Positions 1-10,629 are shown, counted from the stretch's first letter. The stretch: 64,000 nt of DNA from Phycisphaerae bacterium (GCA_041652575.1 JBAZHC010000008.1:46022-110021); one strand, 5' to 3'. The notes: a model not told the origin generated them from the sequence alone. Made by a program: numbers and translations.

Positions 1-1
1 C

Positions 2-532
2 CGCTTTTACCAAATATTCCCGGTAACTATCGGCAAAAAGTACAGATTTTCGGGCCGATGGAGCGGTAATCTGAATGACCCAAATTCCACTACGCGGCAG
101 AACTGGGTGGAAGTATTGATAGCATTCAGCCTAACCAGTCCTACACCATCAACATGGGGCAGCCCGATCGGTTGTTATATGAAAAAATTCATTGCTATAG
201 GCAGCACAAGCAATTTGAACTTTTCTCCCACTTCCAATGGTATATGGGATTGGGAAGATATAACAGAATCACCGAACATCAGCCCTTATGCACCTCCGGC
301 CAATGATGAGTTTACCGCTACCGCACCTTATATGGTTGTGGCTTTTAACCTGAACGGTGCAAAAAGCGGCGGGTTAATAAAATCATGGCTGGATAATATA
401 AGCGTCAACGAGAAAACATGCTCCGATTTAGATGTCACCGGCGACTGCCAGCTGAACTGGCAGGATATTGGAGAACTCGCAGACAAGTGGCTGACCTGCT
501 ATAGAACGCCTGAGGCCGAATGTTGGCAGTAA
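2..532 (+). CDS. Partial (5'-truncated) secreted protein with C-terminal dockerin-like module
   Basis: Frame is open from base 2 (RFYQIFPVTIGKKYRFSGRW...) through the track ORF 107-532. C-terminus CSDLDVTGDCQLNWQDIGELADKWLTC...CWQ resembles a single EF-hand dockerin-like repeat. Confidence 0.75.
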   Translation, partial: RFYQIFPVTIGKKYRFSGRWSGNLNDPNSTTRQNWVEVLIAFSLTSPTPSTWGSPIGCYMKKFIAIGSTSNLNFSPTSNGIWDWEDITESPNISPYAPPANDEFTATAPYMVVAFNLNGAKSGGLIKSWLDNISVNEKTCSDLDVTGDCQLNWQDIGELADKWLTCYRTPEAECWQ

Positions 533-572
533 ATAGTAAAGTATAATGTGCAATACACCGCATCTTAGCTTG

Positions 573-606
573 AACCGGCGATGCATAAAACATCGCCGGT
601 TTTTTT
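573..606 (+). terminator. Intrinsic terminator
   Basis: Perfect 11-bp stem AACCGGCGATG (573-583) / CATCGCCGGTT (591-601), 7-nt loop, followed by a T run; lies between convergent genes. Confidence 0.85.
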
Positions 607-3600
607 ATTGAGCAATTTTCACGGTAAATTCATAATCGCCGGATGGGACTTCATACAAAATATAACCCCCCTGCTTTTTAAGAAATTCGGCACCATCAGT
701 GATAACATCTTTTTTATCTTCAGCAGGAATGTAAACAATGGCTGATGTATTTGCCGGAATTGATATTTTCAGCCTAAACAAACCATTTTTTATTTTCCAA
801 TCTGAAACAATTTTACCATAGATGGAATCATAAGAAGTTTTTGCCCAGGAAAGTTTTCCGCCGGGTTGAGGATTGATAATTATTTTTTTAAAGCCGGGGC
901 CGTCTGATTTTATCCCGCCGATATTTTCAAACATCCATTGGCCGATACTGCCAAAGGCATAATGTGAAAAAGAATTCATCCTCGCGACCTGAAAACCCTT
1001 GTCAGGTGTCCAGCCGTCCCAGCGTTCCCAGATACTTGTCGCACCATTTTTAATCGAAAAGCCCCACGATGGATAAGTATCGTTGTGAAAAAGTTTATAA
1101 GCGATATCATTTCGGCCGATTTGGGCAAGAGCAAGCATTAAATCCTTTGTACCGACAAATCCGGTAGATAAATGCCAATCGCGGGCTTTAATACGTTCGA
1201 CAAGATGTTCTGCCGCTTTTGAACGAACTGGTTCATCGAGCAAATCAAATGAAATCGCAATCGCATAAGCAGTCTGAGTATCACTTTCAATTTTGCCATT
1301 TGAGTCAACATACGCTTTATTAAAAGAAGCTTTAATCTTTTCAAACAACGCCTCAAATTCTTTCGCATCGCCGGTCTTGCCGAGAGCTTTCGCGGCCTGC
1401 GCAGTTAATTTCGTACTGTGCGCGAAATACGCGGTATAAATAACATCCTTTGAGGTTTCGGCATTAAGATTGAGATGGTCGCCATAGCAGAAATATTTTT
1501 TCGGCGGAAGCATCTCTTCCGTACTGCGGTTTTTACAAAATTCTACAAACTTTTTCATCGACGGGTAAGCCTGCTTCAGCAGTTTTTTATCGTCATAGAC
1601 GGAATATATCGTCCATGGGCATATAACACCCGCATCGGCCCAGGCGGGGCCGGCGTCCGAAGATGCCAATTTAAAGGGAGCGACTTTTGGAAACTGGCCG
1701 TCCTTTCGCTGAGAGTCCCGCAAATCAGTGAGCCATTTTTCGTAAAAGGCCTGGACATCGGAATTCATACAGGCAGTATAAACATAAACCTGCGCATCTC
1801 CCGTCCAGCCCATTCTTTCGTTGCGCTGGGGACAATCGGTTGGAACATCGAAAAAGTTGGCACGCTGGGTCTGGCAGATATTTCGATAAAGCTGATTTGC
1901 GTTCTTATCGCTGCATTCGAACGAACCGGCGACAGGAGTCGCGGAAGTCAATTCAATGCCGATAACTGTGTCAAGGTCTGGTTTGCCGGGAAAACCTGTA
2001 ATTTCGACATACTGAAAACCATGATAAGTAAACTGCGGCTGGAAAATTTCAGTGCCTTTCCCTCTGCAGATATAAATATCCGTAACGCGGGCATTGCGAA
2101 GATTCTCCGTATAGGCCGTACCATCAGGATTCAGGCGTTCGGAAAAACGTAATGTAATTGTATCACCGGCGACAGCGTTTGTTACTTTCAATCTAACGAC
2201 ACCGGCAAAATTCGTACCCATATCGTAAACATAAACACCCTTGCGCGGCTGATTAACAGAGAGCGGTTTAATCTCCTGAAACTTTTGGACTGTTACGCCG
2301 GGATATGATTGAACTATCGCAGAAACTGATTTTGTTACATCAACCTTTTGCCAATTGTCAGAATTAAAACTCGGCTCAACCCAGCCGGGCATTTCCTTTC
2401 GCCCGTCATAAGTCTGCCCTTCCAAAATATCGGCCAATCGAATAGGACCTGTCGAAGCTTTCCACTCCGAACCAGTTGCAAAAGTTTGAGTAGTACCATC
2501 GGTATATTCAACGCATAATTGAGCCAGTAGTCTCGGATTTTTTCCGTAATGATTTCTGGCATTGCTCCAGCCAAGATAGCCCGCATACCAGCCGTCGGCA
2601 AGAATGGCTCCAACGGCATTATCGCCCTGCCGCAGCATTTGAGTAACATCATAAGTGTTGTAGTAAACACGTGTTACGTAATCAGTCCAGCCGGGAGTAA
2701 AAAAGTCCTGTCCCACCTGTTCGCCATTGAGATATATCTGATACAGGCCAATCGCCGATGCGTAAACTGTGGCACGTTTTATAGGTTTTGTTATCTTAAA
2801 ATCATTACGCAAATATGCAGGCGGCGGAAGAATCCACTGTTTTTTGTCAAATTTTCCCCAGGGAGCCGAACCATAAGGAATTAAACTCGTCCTGTCTGTT
2901 GTCCATGTCGAATCAATTGGAACAATAATGGCGGGTTTGCTCTGGAATTCGAAAATAACTTTGCCGATGACGCAGAACTGTTTCACACTTTCGGCTTCGA
3001 TTGTTATTACGTTGTCTCCATCAATAAGTTTCCCAAGAATATTAAGGGAATGGGCGGATTTAAAATCTTCGATTTGTGATATTTTCTGATTGTTGACCCA
3101 AACAACTGCCCTGCCGTCAATGGCAAGGCGAATTTTAGCGACTTTGAATTGTGAAAGCTCATCAACCTTTATAATCTTTTTCAGGAAATATTTCTGGATT
3201 CCCGCTTTCGCGGGAATGGCATTACAAACCCAATTGCAGTCATTAAAAGTTTCGGGCTGACTGTCGTTATCCTGCTGGTAGATATTTTCAGGACGGTTAT
3301 CAAAGCCTATCCATTGAGCTTTCCAATCGTTCTTATGCAATAACCCCATCAACCAGAAAGCAGGCGGCGACCAGGCAGATACATTTCCATTTGCGTCCCA
3401 AACCCTTAATTTCCAAAAGTACTGCATCTGCGATTTCAAAGACTTTCCTCTATATTCAATGCAGGCTGTTTCACTGCTTTCGGTTTTTCCTGAGTTCCAA
3501 AGGTCGGCTTCGTTCGCATCCAGTTTTTGACGGCTCGAAGCAGCGAATATCTGCCAGGCAGTTTGTTTCTGGCCACGATGAGAGGACGTAACAATCCAGC

Positions 3601-3748
3601 TTAAACAAGGGTTTGGCCGGTCAATTCCCAAAGGATTTGTTTTGTATTCACAGCGAAGGTACCCGGCATTTAACCGGCAATTTTGCGCCGACAGACAGGA
3701 TGAACAGATTAAAAAAATTAAGATTTGATAAATAATTTTCGATTTCAT
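605..3748 (-). CDS. Alpha-L-rhamnosidase, GH78 family, secreted
   Basis: 1047 aa with signal peptide. N-terminal LRCEYKTNPLGID...LSW module, PTDCPQRNERMGWTGDAQ catalytic motif, C-terminal ATSIWERWD...MNSFSHYAFG. Confidence 0.93.
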   Translation of the reverse strand: MKSKIIYQILIFLICSSCLSAQNCRLNAGYLRCEYKTNPLGIDRPNPCLSWIVTSSHRGQKQTAWQIFAASSRQKLDANEADLWNSGKTESSETACIEYRGKSLKSQMQYFWKLRVWDANGNVSAWSPPAFWLMGLLHKNDWKAQWIGFDNRPENIYQQDNDSQPETFNDCNWVCNAIPAKAGIQKYFLKKIIKVDELSQFKVAKIRLAIDGRAVVWVNNQKISQIEDFKSAHSLNILGKLIDGDNVITIEAESVKQFCVIGKVIFEFQSKPAIIVPIDSTWTTDRTSLIPYGSAPWGKFDKKQWILPPPAYLRNDFKITKPIKRATVYASAIGLYQIYLNGEQVGQDFFTPGWTDYVTRVYYNTYDVTQMLRQGDNAVGAILADGWYAGYLGWSNARNHYGKNPRLLAQLCVEYTDGTTQTFATGSEWKASTGPIRLADILEGQTYDGRKEMPGWVEPSFNSDNWQKVDVTKSVSAIVQSYPGVTVQKFQEIKPLSVNQPRKGVYVYDMGTNFAGVVRLKVTNAVAGDTITLRFSERLNPDGTAYTENLRNARVTDIYICRGKGTEIFQPQFTYHGFQYVEITGFPGKPDLDTVIGIELTSATPVAGSFECSDKNANQLYRNICQTQRANFFDVPTDCPQRNERMGWTGDAQVYVYTACMNSDVQAFYEKWLTDLRDSQRKDGQFPKVAPFKLASSDAGPAWADAGVICPWTIYSVYDDKKLLKQAYPSMKKFVEFCKNRSTEEMLPPKKYFCYGDHLNLNAETSKDVIYTAYFAHSTKLTAQAAKALGKTGDAKEFEALFEKIKASFNKAYVDSNGKIESDTQTAYAIAISFDLLDEPVRSKAAEHLVERIKARDWHLSTGFVGTKDLMLALAQIGRNDIAYKLFHNDTYPSWGFSIKNGATSIWERWDGWTPDKGFQVARMNSFSHYAFGSIGQWMFENIGGIKSDGPGFKKIIINPQPGGKLSWAKTSYDSIYGKIVSDWKIKNGLFRLKISIPANTSAIVYIPAEDKKDVITDGAEFLKKQGGYILYEVPSGDYEFTVKIAQ

Positions 3749-3926
3749 AAATCTTCTTTCTCTAAACGCCTGATTCGATTTTACGCATCATTATAACCCT
3801 GTCAAGAAAAAGAGTTTAGGAACATTTTTTGCACTAAATGGACTTTATTGCTGCGCGATATTGTCTTGAAATTTGTGGCAATTTTGCGGATAATACTGTA
3901 TTGTCTATAATCAAGGAAGTATGTGC

Positions 3927-5798
3927 ATGAACAAGAAATCATTATCAAGCCGGAATGTTTGTTTTATCATTTTGCTTGCCATGCTCATATTTGCCTGTGC
4001 GCCGGACACAAAAGCAACCGATATGACCATAAGCAGTTTCATCCCCGCGAATAATTCGATTGAAATATGCGCAGATACGAAACTCTGGATAACCTTTACA
4101 ACTGTTCCTGCCGTTGCAACCAGCGGCAATCTCCAGATATGTAAAGTGTCAGACGATTCCGTTGTTTATCAGCTTGACCTGCAGACGTTGCCCTATGATA
4201 TTCATGGCTGGATTGCAACAGGCTGGCCTTACCAGATAAACTTGAATGGGTTAACATTAAACTACGTTCCTTTTGCCGTGAGCGGTAATACATTGGAGAT
4301 TTATCCATCAACGCGATTAGAATACAACACCTCCTATTATGTAAAAATTACCGCCGGTTTCTGCACCGATTCCGGCAGCAATACTTCGCCGGCGATAACC
4401 GACAATACAACGTGGAGATTTACGACCAAAGCGTCAACACCAGCGGCTGACCGCAATTACATAGTAGCTCTTGATGGAACCGGGGATTTTTGTACTCTGC
4501 AGGGTGCTACGGATGCTGCGGCTGATAACGACCCATGCCGAACAGTTATAGGAATAAAAAACGGCACCTATAGAGAAATAGTTCATATACCGGCCAGCAA
4601 GACAAATATAACCTGGATCGGAGAAAATAAAGATGCGACGATTGTGGCTGGATATAACCGCGAATTATTTAATCCCGGCAGTGATTACCGAATGATGGTT
4701 AAGGCTTTCGGCAGTGGATTCAGAATGTATAATTTAACGCTTCAGAATACGGCACCTGATAATTCGGGTCAGGCTGAAACAATAACACCAGCAGCGCTGA
4801 AGTGCGTCGCCAATAACTGCAAGTTCCTGAGCTATCAGGATACACTGCTTATCAAAGCAGGAGGACAGGTATATTTCAAGGATTGTTTTATCCAGGGCGA
4901 TACGGACTTTATCTGGGGATACGGTACGGCTTATTTTGACAAATGTCAGATGAATGAAGTAACTTCAAACGCATATATAATGCAGCCAAGAACACCGGAT
5001 GGCGTTAACGGCTTTTTCCTTGTGGATTGCAATTTGACTGTACCAAGAGGGGTTAGGAATTGCTATTTTGGACGATTGTTCGATGGCCACGGCTACGCTC
5101 AAGTCGTAATGCTGAATTGCGCTTACCCAGGCTCAATTTTTTACCCGGTAGGGTGGTATCAAAATACATTGACTGACCTTACTAACCTGAGACTATGGGA
5201 GTATAAGTCAGTAGATATATACACCGGCGAACCGGCGAACATAGCATCCAGACTTACGCCCGGTACAAGACAACTTACTGATGCCGAGGCGATAACGTGG
5301 AGAGATGTGAATAATGTTTTTTCTGCAAATCCATGGAATCCCAAATCGCTTGAGCCTCCTACGGCTTCCTGGCTGCCTGTGCCGGCAGACGGAGCAGCCG
5401 ATATTAATTCGGCAGGTATATCGCTTACATGGACAACCGGCGCAACAGCCGTATCTCATAGAGTATATTTCGGAACAACTAACCCGCCGGAATTTGTTAC
5501 GGAACAGACGGGTACATCTATGGCGACAGGAGCAATGTCTCTGGACACGACTTATTACTGGCGGGTCGATGAGAAAAACACGGCCGGCGTTACAACAGGA
5601 GCCGTCTGGAGCTTTACAACACAAAAATACGTCTGTAACGGCCCGATGCCTTTTGACCTGAATGGCGATTGCCAGGTAAATTTATTCGATTATATTATTA
5701 TGGCAAATGCATGGGCAGGCGACTGGCTCGATATGCAGCAATTGGCGGAAAACTGGCTTATGTGCAATCGAAATCCTTCAGGCCAGTGCTGGCAATGA
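3927..5798 (+). CDS. Pectinesterase-like protein (CE8) with N-terminal Ig-like domain and C-terminal dockerin-like module
   Basis: GDFCTLQGA, IKNGTYRE, YQDTL and GDTDFIWG motifs; tail FDLNGDCQVNLFD...WLMCNRNPSGQCWQ. Start at 3927 is preferred over 3921 because AAGGA (3913-3917) is 9 nt upstream. Confidence 0.85.
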   Translation: MNKKSLSSRNVCFIILLAMLIFACAPDTKATDMTISSFIPANNSIEICADTKLWITFTTVPAVATSGNLQICKVSDDSVVYQLDLQTLPYDIHGWIATGWPYQINLNGLTLNYVPFAVSGNTLEIYPSTRLEYNTSYYVKITAGFCTDSGSNTSPAITDNTTWRFTTKASTPAADRNYIVALDGTGDFCTLQGATDAAADNDPCRTVIGIKNGTYREIVHIPASKTNITWIGENKDATIVAGYNRELFNPGSDYRMMVKAFGSGFRMYNLTLQNTAPDNSGQAETITPAALKCVANNCKFLSYQDTLLIKAGGQVYFKDCFIQGDTDFIWGYGTAYFDKCQMNEVTSNAYIMQPRTPDGVNGFFLVDCNLTVPRGVRNCYFGRLFDGHGYAQVVMLNCAYPGSIFYPVGWYQNTLTDLTNLRLWEYKSVDIYTGEPANIASRLTPGTRQLTDAEAITWRDVNNVFSANPWNPKSLEPPTASWLPVPADGAADINSAGISLTWTTGATAVSHRVYFGTTNPPEFVTEQTGTSMATGAMSLDTTYYWRVDEKNTAGVTTGAVWSFTTQKYVCNGPMPFDLNGDCQVNLFDYIIMANAWAGDWLDMQQLAENWLMCNRNPSGQCWQ

Positions 5799-5901
5799 GA
5801 AAAAATACGGTTGCAAACCGGTATTTGATTTATTAATTTGTTTATGTAAAAAATCTGACATTTGACCCGCCTGCGGCAGGCAAGTTTGAAAGGATTCAAA
5901 A

Positions 5902-8001
5902 ATGACGCGAATTACACTTTTCCTGAGCATCATTGTACTTTTTACAAATAACATCTTTGGAGATGTCGAATATAAAAAATCCTCGTTTATCGTAAGCTCG
6001 CCGTATTTAAAACAACCCCTCTTAATAGGCAATGAAAAGTTTCCAATATGCTTAGAGACTAAACAGGGGAAATTCTATCTGAAAGATATGCCGGTAACTA
6101 TGTTCAGCTCGGCGGACGGTTTCACCGCAGACTGGTCATTTGAGGGCGGGAAAAAAATAACAGTTAATTTCGCGAAAGAATATGATTCGTATCGAATAGA
6201 CCTGAAAGCGGCTGGTTTTAAGGATATCGTTCAATGGGGCTTTTCAATCGATGCCGCCGGCGATGAATATTTTACCGGTCTTATGGAGCGCGTTGTTGAC
6301 GGCGCCCAGAAGCTTTCGTGGGAACCGGGGATAAAAGAAGCTATGAACCTTCGGGGACAGTATATCACAATGATAGTCAAGCCGACCGTTTCACTATATT
6401 GTCCATTCTATATATCGTCACGAAACTACAGCCTGTTTGTCGAAGGAACATGGCCGGGCACTTATGATTTCTGCAAATCAGAGCCTGGTCTTGTACTAAT
6501 CAGCTTCGAGGGACCAAATATATCGATGATTCTTAACACGGCTGATAATCCCGCTGAACTGGTAAAGGCACATTCACTTTATGTGGGGCCGACAATACTT
6601 CCGCCAAAATGGATATTCAGGCCCTGGCGGTGGAGAGATAATCATACCAACAGGGAAACCTATTATGACGGCACTAAAGTTACCGCTCCTTATAACAGCG
6701 AAGTGGTTGAAGATATACTGATGATGAAGGCATTTGATATTCCGATGAGCATATACTGGGTCGACAGGCCCTGGGCTATCGGGCCGGATGGATACAGCGA
6801 TTTTGAATGGGACCCGAACCGGCTCCCGAACGCACCGGAAATGATTAAGTGGCTGGACAGCAAAAACATCAACTTCGTATTGTGGATTGGGCCGTGGGTT
6901 ATGGGAGATATGGCAAAAGAGGCTGTTGAAAAAGGTTTTGATGCTAAAGGACAACTTAGCGAGCCTCGCGATAAACTGGTTCGCGTGCTTATCGATTTTA
7001 CAAATCCCGCGGCAGTAAAATGGTGGCAGGAGAAAGGCATCGCGAAAGTTCTTAACCAGGGCGTAAAGGGATTCAAACTTGACCGAGCCGAACAACTCGT
7101 GCCGAACGATTATGAAAATAAGGGTTTTGACGGCAGGACATCGAGAGAATACCACAATGATTATCCGGTTATGTACACAAAGGCCACCCACGACATCTGC
7201 AAGGAGATATGTGGAAACGACTTCGTAGCAATGCCGCGAGCCGGTTATACCAACAGCAGCCGATATGCCGTGTTCTGGGGCGGCGACATCGGGGCCGGCA
7301 CCAAAGACAAAAAAACCGTACCGGAAGCGCTTCGAGCCGCAATTATAGCTTTGCAGAAATCCGCTATAATCGGATTCCCTATATGGGGGTCGGATACGGG
7401 CGGATATACCAAAATCAGCGACCATGAAGTGACGGCAAGATGGCTGGGGTTCAGTTGTTTTTGTCCAATAATGGAAGTGGGACCGATGGAAGACAAAGGG
7501 CTGTGGGATCTTATAGAGGAGCCGCACTACGATAAACAACTTATCGCGATATGGAGACTCTATTCGAAAATTCATGAAGAACTTGCTGATTATTCATTCA
7601 GGCTCGCGAAAGCAGCGGCCCGAAAAGGTATGCCAATGGCAAGGCCGCTTTTCCTGGCTTATCCCGACCAGCCGCAGGCATGGAACGACTGGCAGACATA
7701 TATGTACGGGCCGGATATTCTTGTCTCGGCTATCTGGGAAAAGGGGAAAACGCAGCATACGTTATATCTGCCCGCAGGCGAAAAATGGGTCGATGCGTGG
7801 GATAAGAATAAAATCTATACCGGCGGTCAAAGTATTACTGTAGATGCCCCGCTTTATAAGATGCCGATCTTTATACGCCAGGGTTCCGCAATTAATATGG
7901 GCGACCTTAATGCTCTTTATAAAGAGTCACTTAAGATTGCCGCAAAAAAACCTAACCTTAAGAAACTGCAAAAAGCTGAGTTTTCTAAAAAGAAAAAATA
8001 G
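5902..8001 (+). CDS. Glycoside hydrolase family 31 (alpha-glucosidase/xylosidase-like), secreted
   Basis: GFKLDRAE nucleophile region, WGGD, GSDTGGY acid/base region, RWLGFSCFCPIM, YMYGPDILV, and WVDAWD...APLYKMPIFIRQG. Confidence 0.9.
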   Translation: MTRITLFLSIIVLFTNNIFGDVEYKKSSFIVSSPYLKQPLLIGNEKFPICLETKQGKFYLKDMPVTMFSSADGFTADWSFEGGKKITVNFAKEYDSYRIDLKAAGFKDIVQWGFSIDAAGDEYFTGLMERVVDGAQKLSWEPGIKEAMNLRGQYITMIVKPTVSLYCPFYISSRNYSLFVEGTWPGTYDFCKSEPGLVLISFEGPNISMILNTADNPAELVKAHSLYVGPTILPPKWIFRPWRWRDNHTNRETYYDGTKVTAPYNSEVVEDILMMKAFDIPMSIYWVDRPWAIGPDGYSDFEWDPNRLPNAPEMIKWLDSKNINFVLWIGPWVMGDMAKEAVEKGFDAKGQLSEPRDKLVRVLIDFTNPAAVKWWQEKGIAKVLNQGVKGFKLDRAEQLVPNDYENKGFDGRTSREYHNDYPVMYTKATHDICKEICGNDFVAMPRAGYTNSSRYAVFWGGDIGAGTKDKKTVPEALRAAIIALQKSAIIGFPIWGSDTGGYTKISDHEVTARWLGFSCFCPIMEVGPMEDKGLWDLIEEPHYDKQLIAIWRLYSKIHEELADYSFRLAKAAARKGMPMARPLFLAYPDQPQAWNDWQTYMYGPDILVSAIWEKGKTQHTLYLPAGEKWVDAWDKNKIYTGGQSITVDAPLYKMPIFIRQGSAINMGDLNALYKESLKIAAKKPNLKKLQKAEFSKKKK

Positions 8002-8087
8002 CGGAGACAATTAAACCTTTTTCAGCAAACAAATATTGCCGAATTTAAGTATATATAATGAGATAAGTTATATATAAGGGGGCAAAT

Positions 8088-9047
8088 ATGAAAACGGTTC
8101 GGTCATTGGCTGTTTTATCGCTTGCCGCGGTATTCGTATGTATCATTTTATTCACAGCCTGCAAAGACACCGGGCAAACCGCCCCAAAACCGACTTCCAG
8201 CAAGGAGAAAACAATGTATAAAAAACTTACTCCGCCAGAAGAAAGGGTAATTGTCCATAAAGGCACCGAAATGCCGTTTACCGGCAAATATAACGACTTC
8301 TTTGAAAAAGGCCTATACACCTGCAAAAGATGCGGGTTTCCATTATTCGAATCCAATTCGAAATTCAAATCCGAATGCGGCTGGCCGAGCTTCGACGACC
8401 AAATACCCGGTGCGGTAATATCGCAGCGGGACGCTGACGGCGCACGAACGGAAAATTTATGTGCAAGCTGCGGAGCGCATCTCGGACACGTTTTTAAAGG
8501 TGAAGGCTATACAGAAAAAAATATACGGTTCTGCATCAATTCAATCTCGATGAATTTCGTACCAAACGGTCAGAGAGCAATCTTCGCCGGCGGCTGTTTC
8601 TGGGGAGTGGAATATCATTTCAAAAACGCACCGGGCGTTATATCCGTCACGTCAGGTTACACAGGCGGCCATACTGAAAAATCAACTTACGAACAGGTCT
8701 GCAGCGGCAAAACAGGGCACGCTGAAGCTGTTGAAATTGTTTATGATGCAAATAAAACCAACTTCGAAAATTTAGCGAAACTATTTTTTGAGATACATGA
8801 TTTTACTCAGTTAAACCGGCAGGGACCTGATGTCGGAGAACAATACCGAAGCGGAATTTATTATTTCAATGATGAACAAAAGAAAACCGCTGAGAAATTA
8901 GTTCAGATACTAAAAGAAAAAGGATATGACGTAAAAACTGAGATTGCCCCGGCAGGTACATTTTGGCCTGCCGAGCAATACCATCAGGATTATTATGAAA
9001 AAACCGGCAAAACGCCCTACTGCCATATATACAAAAAAATCTTTTAA
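8088..9047 (+). CDS. msrAB: Peptide methionine sulfoxide reductase, MsrB-MsrA fusion, probable lipoprotein
   Basis: MsrB motifs CKRC, CGWPSF, CASCGAHLGHVF, RFCINS are followed by MsrA motifs FAGGCFWG, GYTGG, AEQYHQDYY. Lipobox-like FTAC. Confidence 0.95.
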   Translation: MKTVRSLAVLSLAAVFVCIILFTACKDTGQTAPKPTSSKEKTMYKKLTPPEERVIVHKGTEMPFTGKYNDFFEKGLYTCKRCGFPLFESNSKFKSECGWPSFDDQIPGAVISQRDADGARTENLCASCGAHLGHVFKGEGYTEKNIRFCINSISMNFVPNGQRAIFAGGCFWGVEYHFKNAPGVISVTSGYTGGHTEKSTYEQVCSGKTGHAEAVEIVYDANKTNFENLAKLFFEIHDFTQLNRQGPDVGEQYRSGIYYFNDEQKKTAEKLVQILKEKGYDVKTEIAPAGTFWPAEQYHQDYYEKTGKTPYCHIYKKIF

Positions 9048-9075
9048 TTCTTTACGTGCAAGAATCACAAAATTT

Positions 9076-10629
9076 TTATTTTATTTTTTGTTTTTCAAGT
9101 TTCCATTTCCACGCGGTTGACCAATCAAGTTTGTAGATTTCCACAGGTCCATACTGCTCATTGTAAAATTCATGCACCTTAGTACCAAAATATTTGCATA
9201 AATTATCGGTAACAAGATATGAACGAAAGGCCGGCATTTTGTTCGGCAACTTATGAAGTCCTAAAGACGGACCGTTAACCCAGGATGTTCTGATAGCATA
9301 ATCGAACGATTGCGAGTAAGCCCACTGGAACGCATCCTTAAGCTTCACTTCATCATATGTCTGTAGATATGGACCGTATATATACCTGTCATGGCCGACC
9401 CAGAAAACAGGTTCTGCATGTACCAGAGATTTAGGTCCGACAACTTTGACCACTTCATCAACAACATAATTAAAATCGGCATTTCGCTGAAAATACAGCA
9501 TAAGTATAATCGGAACCAGCGAAGAAAAAATGTATATTGATATCACAGCAGGATTAAATATGTAACGTATCCATCCAATATTTAAAATGTCAATTTTATT
9601 CATACGAAAAACAAACCTGACTATCAGAATGCTGAAAAAAGGCAGCACCGCAACAAGGTAACATGCCATAGCATCGACACTCATTGGCAGCAGGCTTAAT
9701 GGATAAATAATAACGATAGTCGCTGCAAGTTTGTCCTCATCAGTGGATTTCCACCAAGCCGACAGCCATGCTGCAAATACAACTAAAGCAACAGGAATTC
9801 CAACCGGCAATCTAAGAAAACTCTTCCATCGTACCATCTCTCTTGCTAACATAGAACCGTATATAGCCCCACCATGCATCTGCCCAAAAAAACTTACGCT
9901 TGGCTGACTGGAAGCCCAAAAAGCATAAATTGCATAAGGCAGAAAAAACAAAATAAAACCTGCCAATGCCCATAATATAAGTTTAAATAAATGCGGTTTT
10001 TCCTTCCAAATTATCCAGCTAATACTGATAGCGGCTACGATGAGTAAACCATTCGGGTGTGACAGAGAAGCAAGAGCAGCGAATATCCCAACAAAAAAAG
10101 CTGTCCATGCCCGCTGCTGACGAAAATATGAAATAAGCAGCCATAAGAAAACTAAAGCAAAAGCGACATAATATATCTCGGGGCGGCAGCGGCGAGAAGT
10201 TACCCAGAACCAGGGGTTTATAATTGTAGCCAGGCACACAAAAAAACTTTGTTTGTCTCCAAAAAAATACTCCACAACGTGATACAACGCAATTACAGCT
10301 AAAACCCCAAATAACAGTGACGGCAATCGTGAAATAACAATGCTATAGCCTGTAATTTTAAATACTCCTGCACAAATGATGGGTAATACAACCCGAGGCT
10401 GCACAAAATAGACTTCCATCCCTCCGAAGTTGTGTATAAATGGTTGCCGTAATACACCTTTTTGGGCTAATTCGTAACCAATTGAAGCATCCCATGCCTC
10501 ATCTATGTAAATTCGCGGCACAGAGTTGAGATAAAATATGCCCAGGAAAAATTGAATAAAGCATAGTGAGAAAATATGTAAGAAACGAACCCTTCCAGCA
10601 GTCAGCCTGTTTGAATAAGATGTAGCCAA
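9076..10629 (-). CDS. Multi-TM GT-C fold glycosyltransferase (ArnT/PMT-like, GT39/GT83)
   Basis: Early DE motif (IYIDEAW), SRLPSLL, RPE motif, many hydrophobic segments. TTG start with GAGGA upstream. Visibly AT-rich. Confidence 0.75.
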   Translation of the reverse strand: MATSYSNRLTAGRVRFLHIFSLCFIQFFLGIFYLNSVPRIYIDEAWDASIGYELAQKGVLRQPFIHNFGGMEVYFVQPRVVLPIICAGVFKITGYSIVISRLPSLLFGVLAVIALYHVVEYFFGDKQSFFVCLATIINPWFWVTSRRCRPEIYYVAFALVFLWLLISYFRQQRAWTAFFVGIFAALASLSHPNGLLIVAAISISWIIWKEKPHLFKLILWALAGFILFFLPYAIYAFWASSQPSVSFFGQMHGGAIYGSMLAREMVRWKSFLRLPVGIPVALVVFAAWLSAWWKSTDEDKLAATIVIIYPLSLLPMSVDAMACYLVAVLPFFSILIVRFVFRMNKIDILNIGWIRYIFNPAVISIYIFSSLVPIILMLYFQRNADFNYVVDEVVKVVGPKSLVHAEPVFWVGHDRYIYGPYLQTYDEVKLKDAFQWAYSQSFDYAIRTSWVNGPSLGLHKLPNKMPAFRSYLVTDNLCKYFGTKVHEFYNEQYGPVEIYKLDWSTAWKWKLEKQKIK

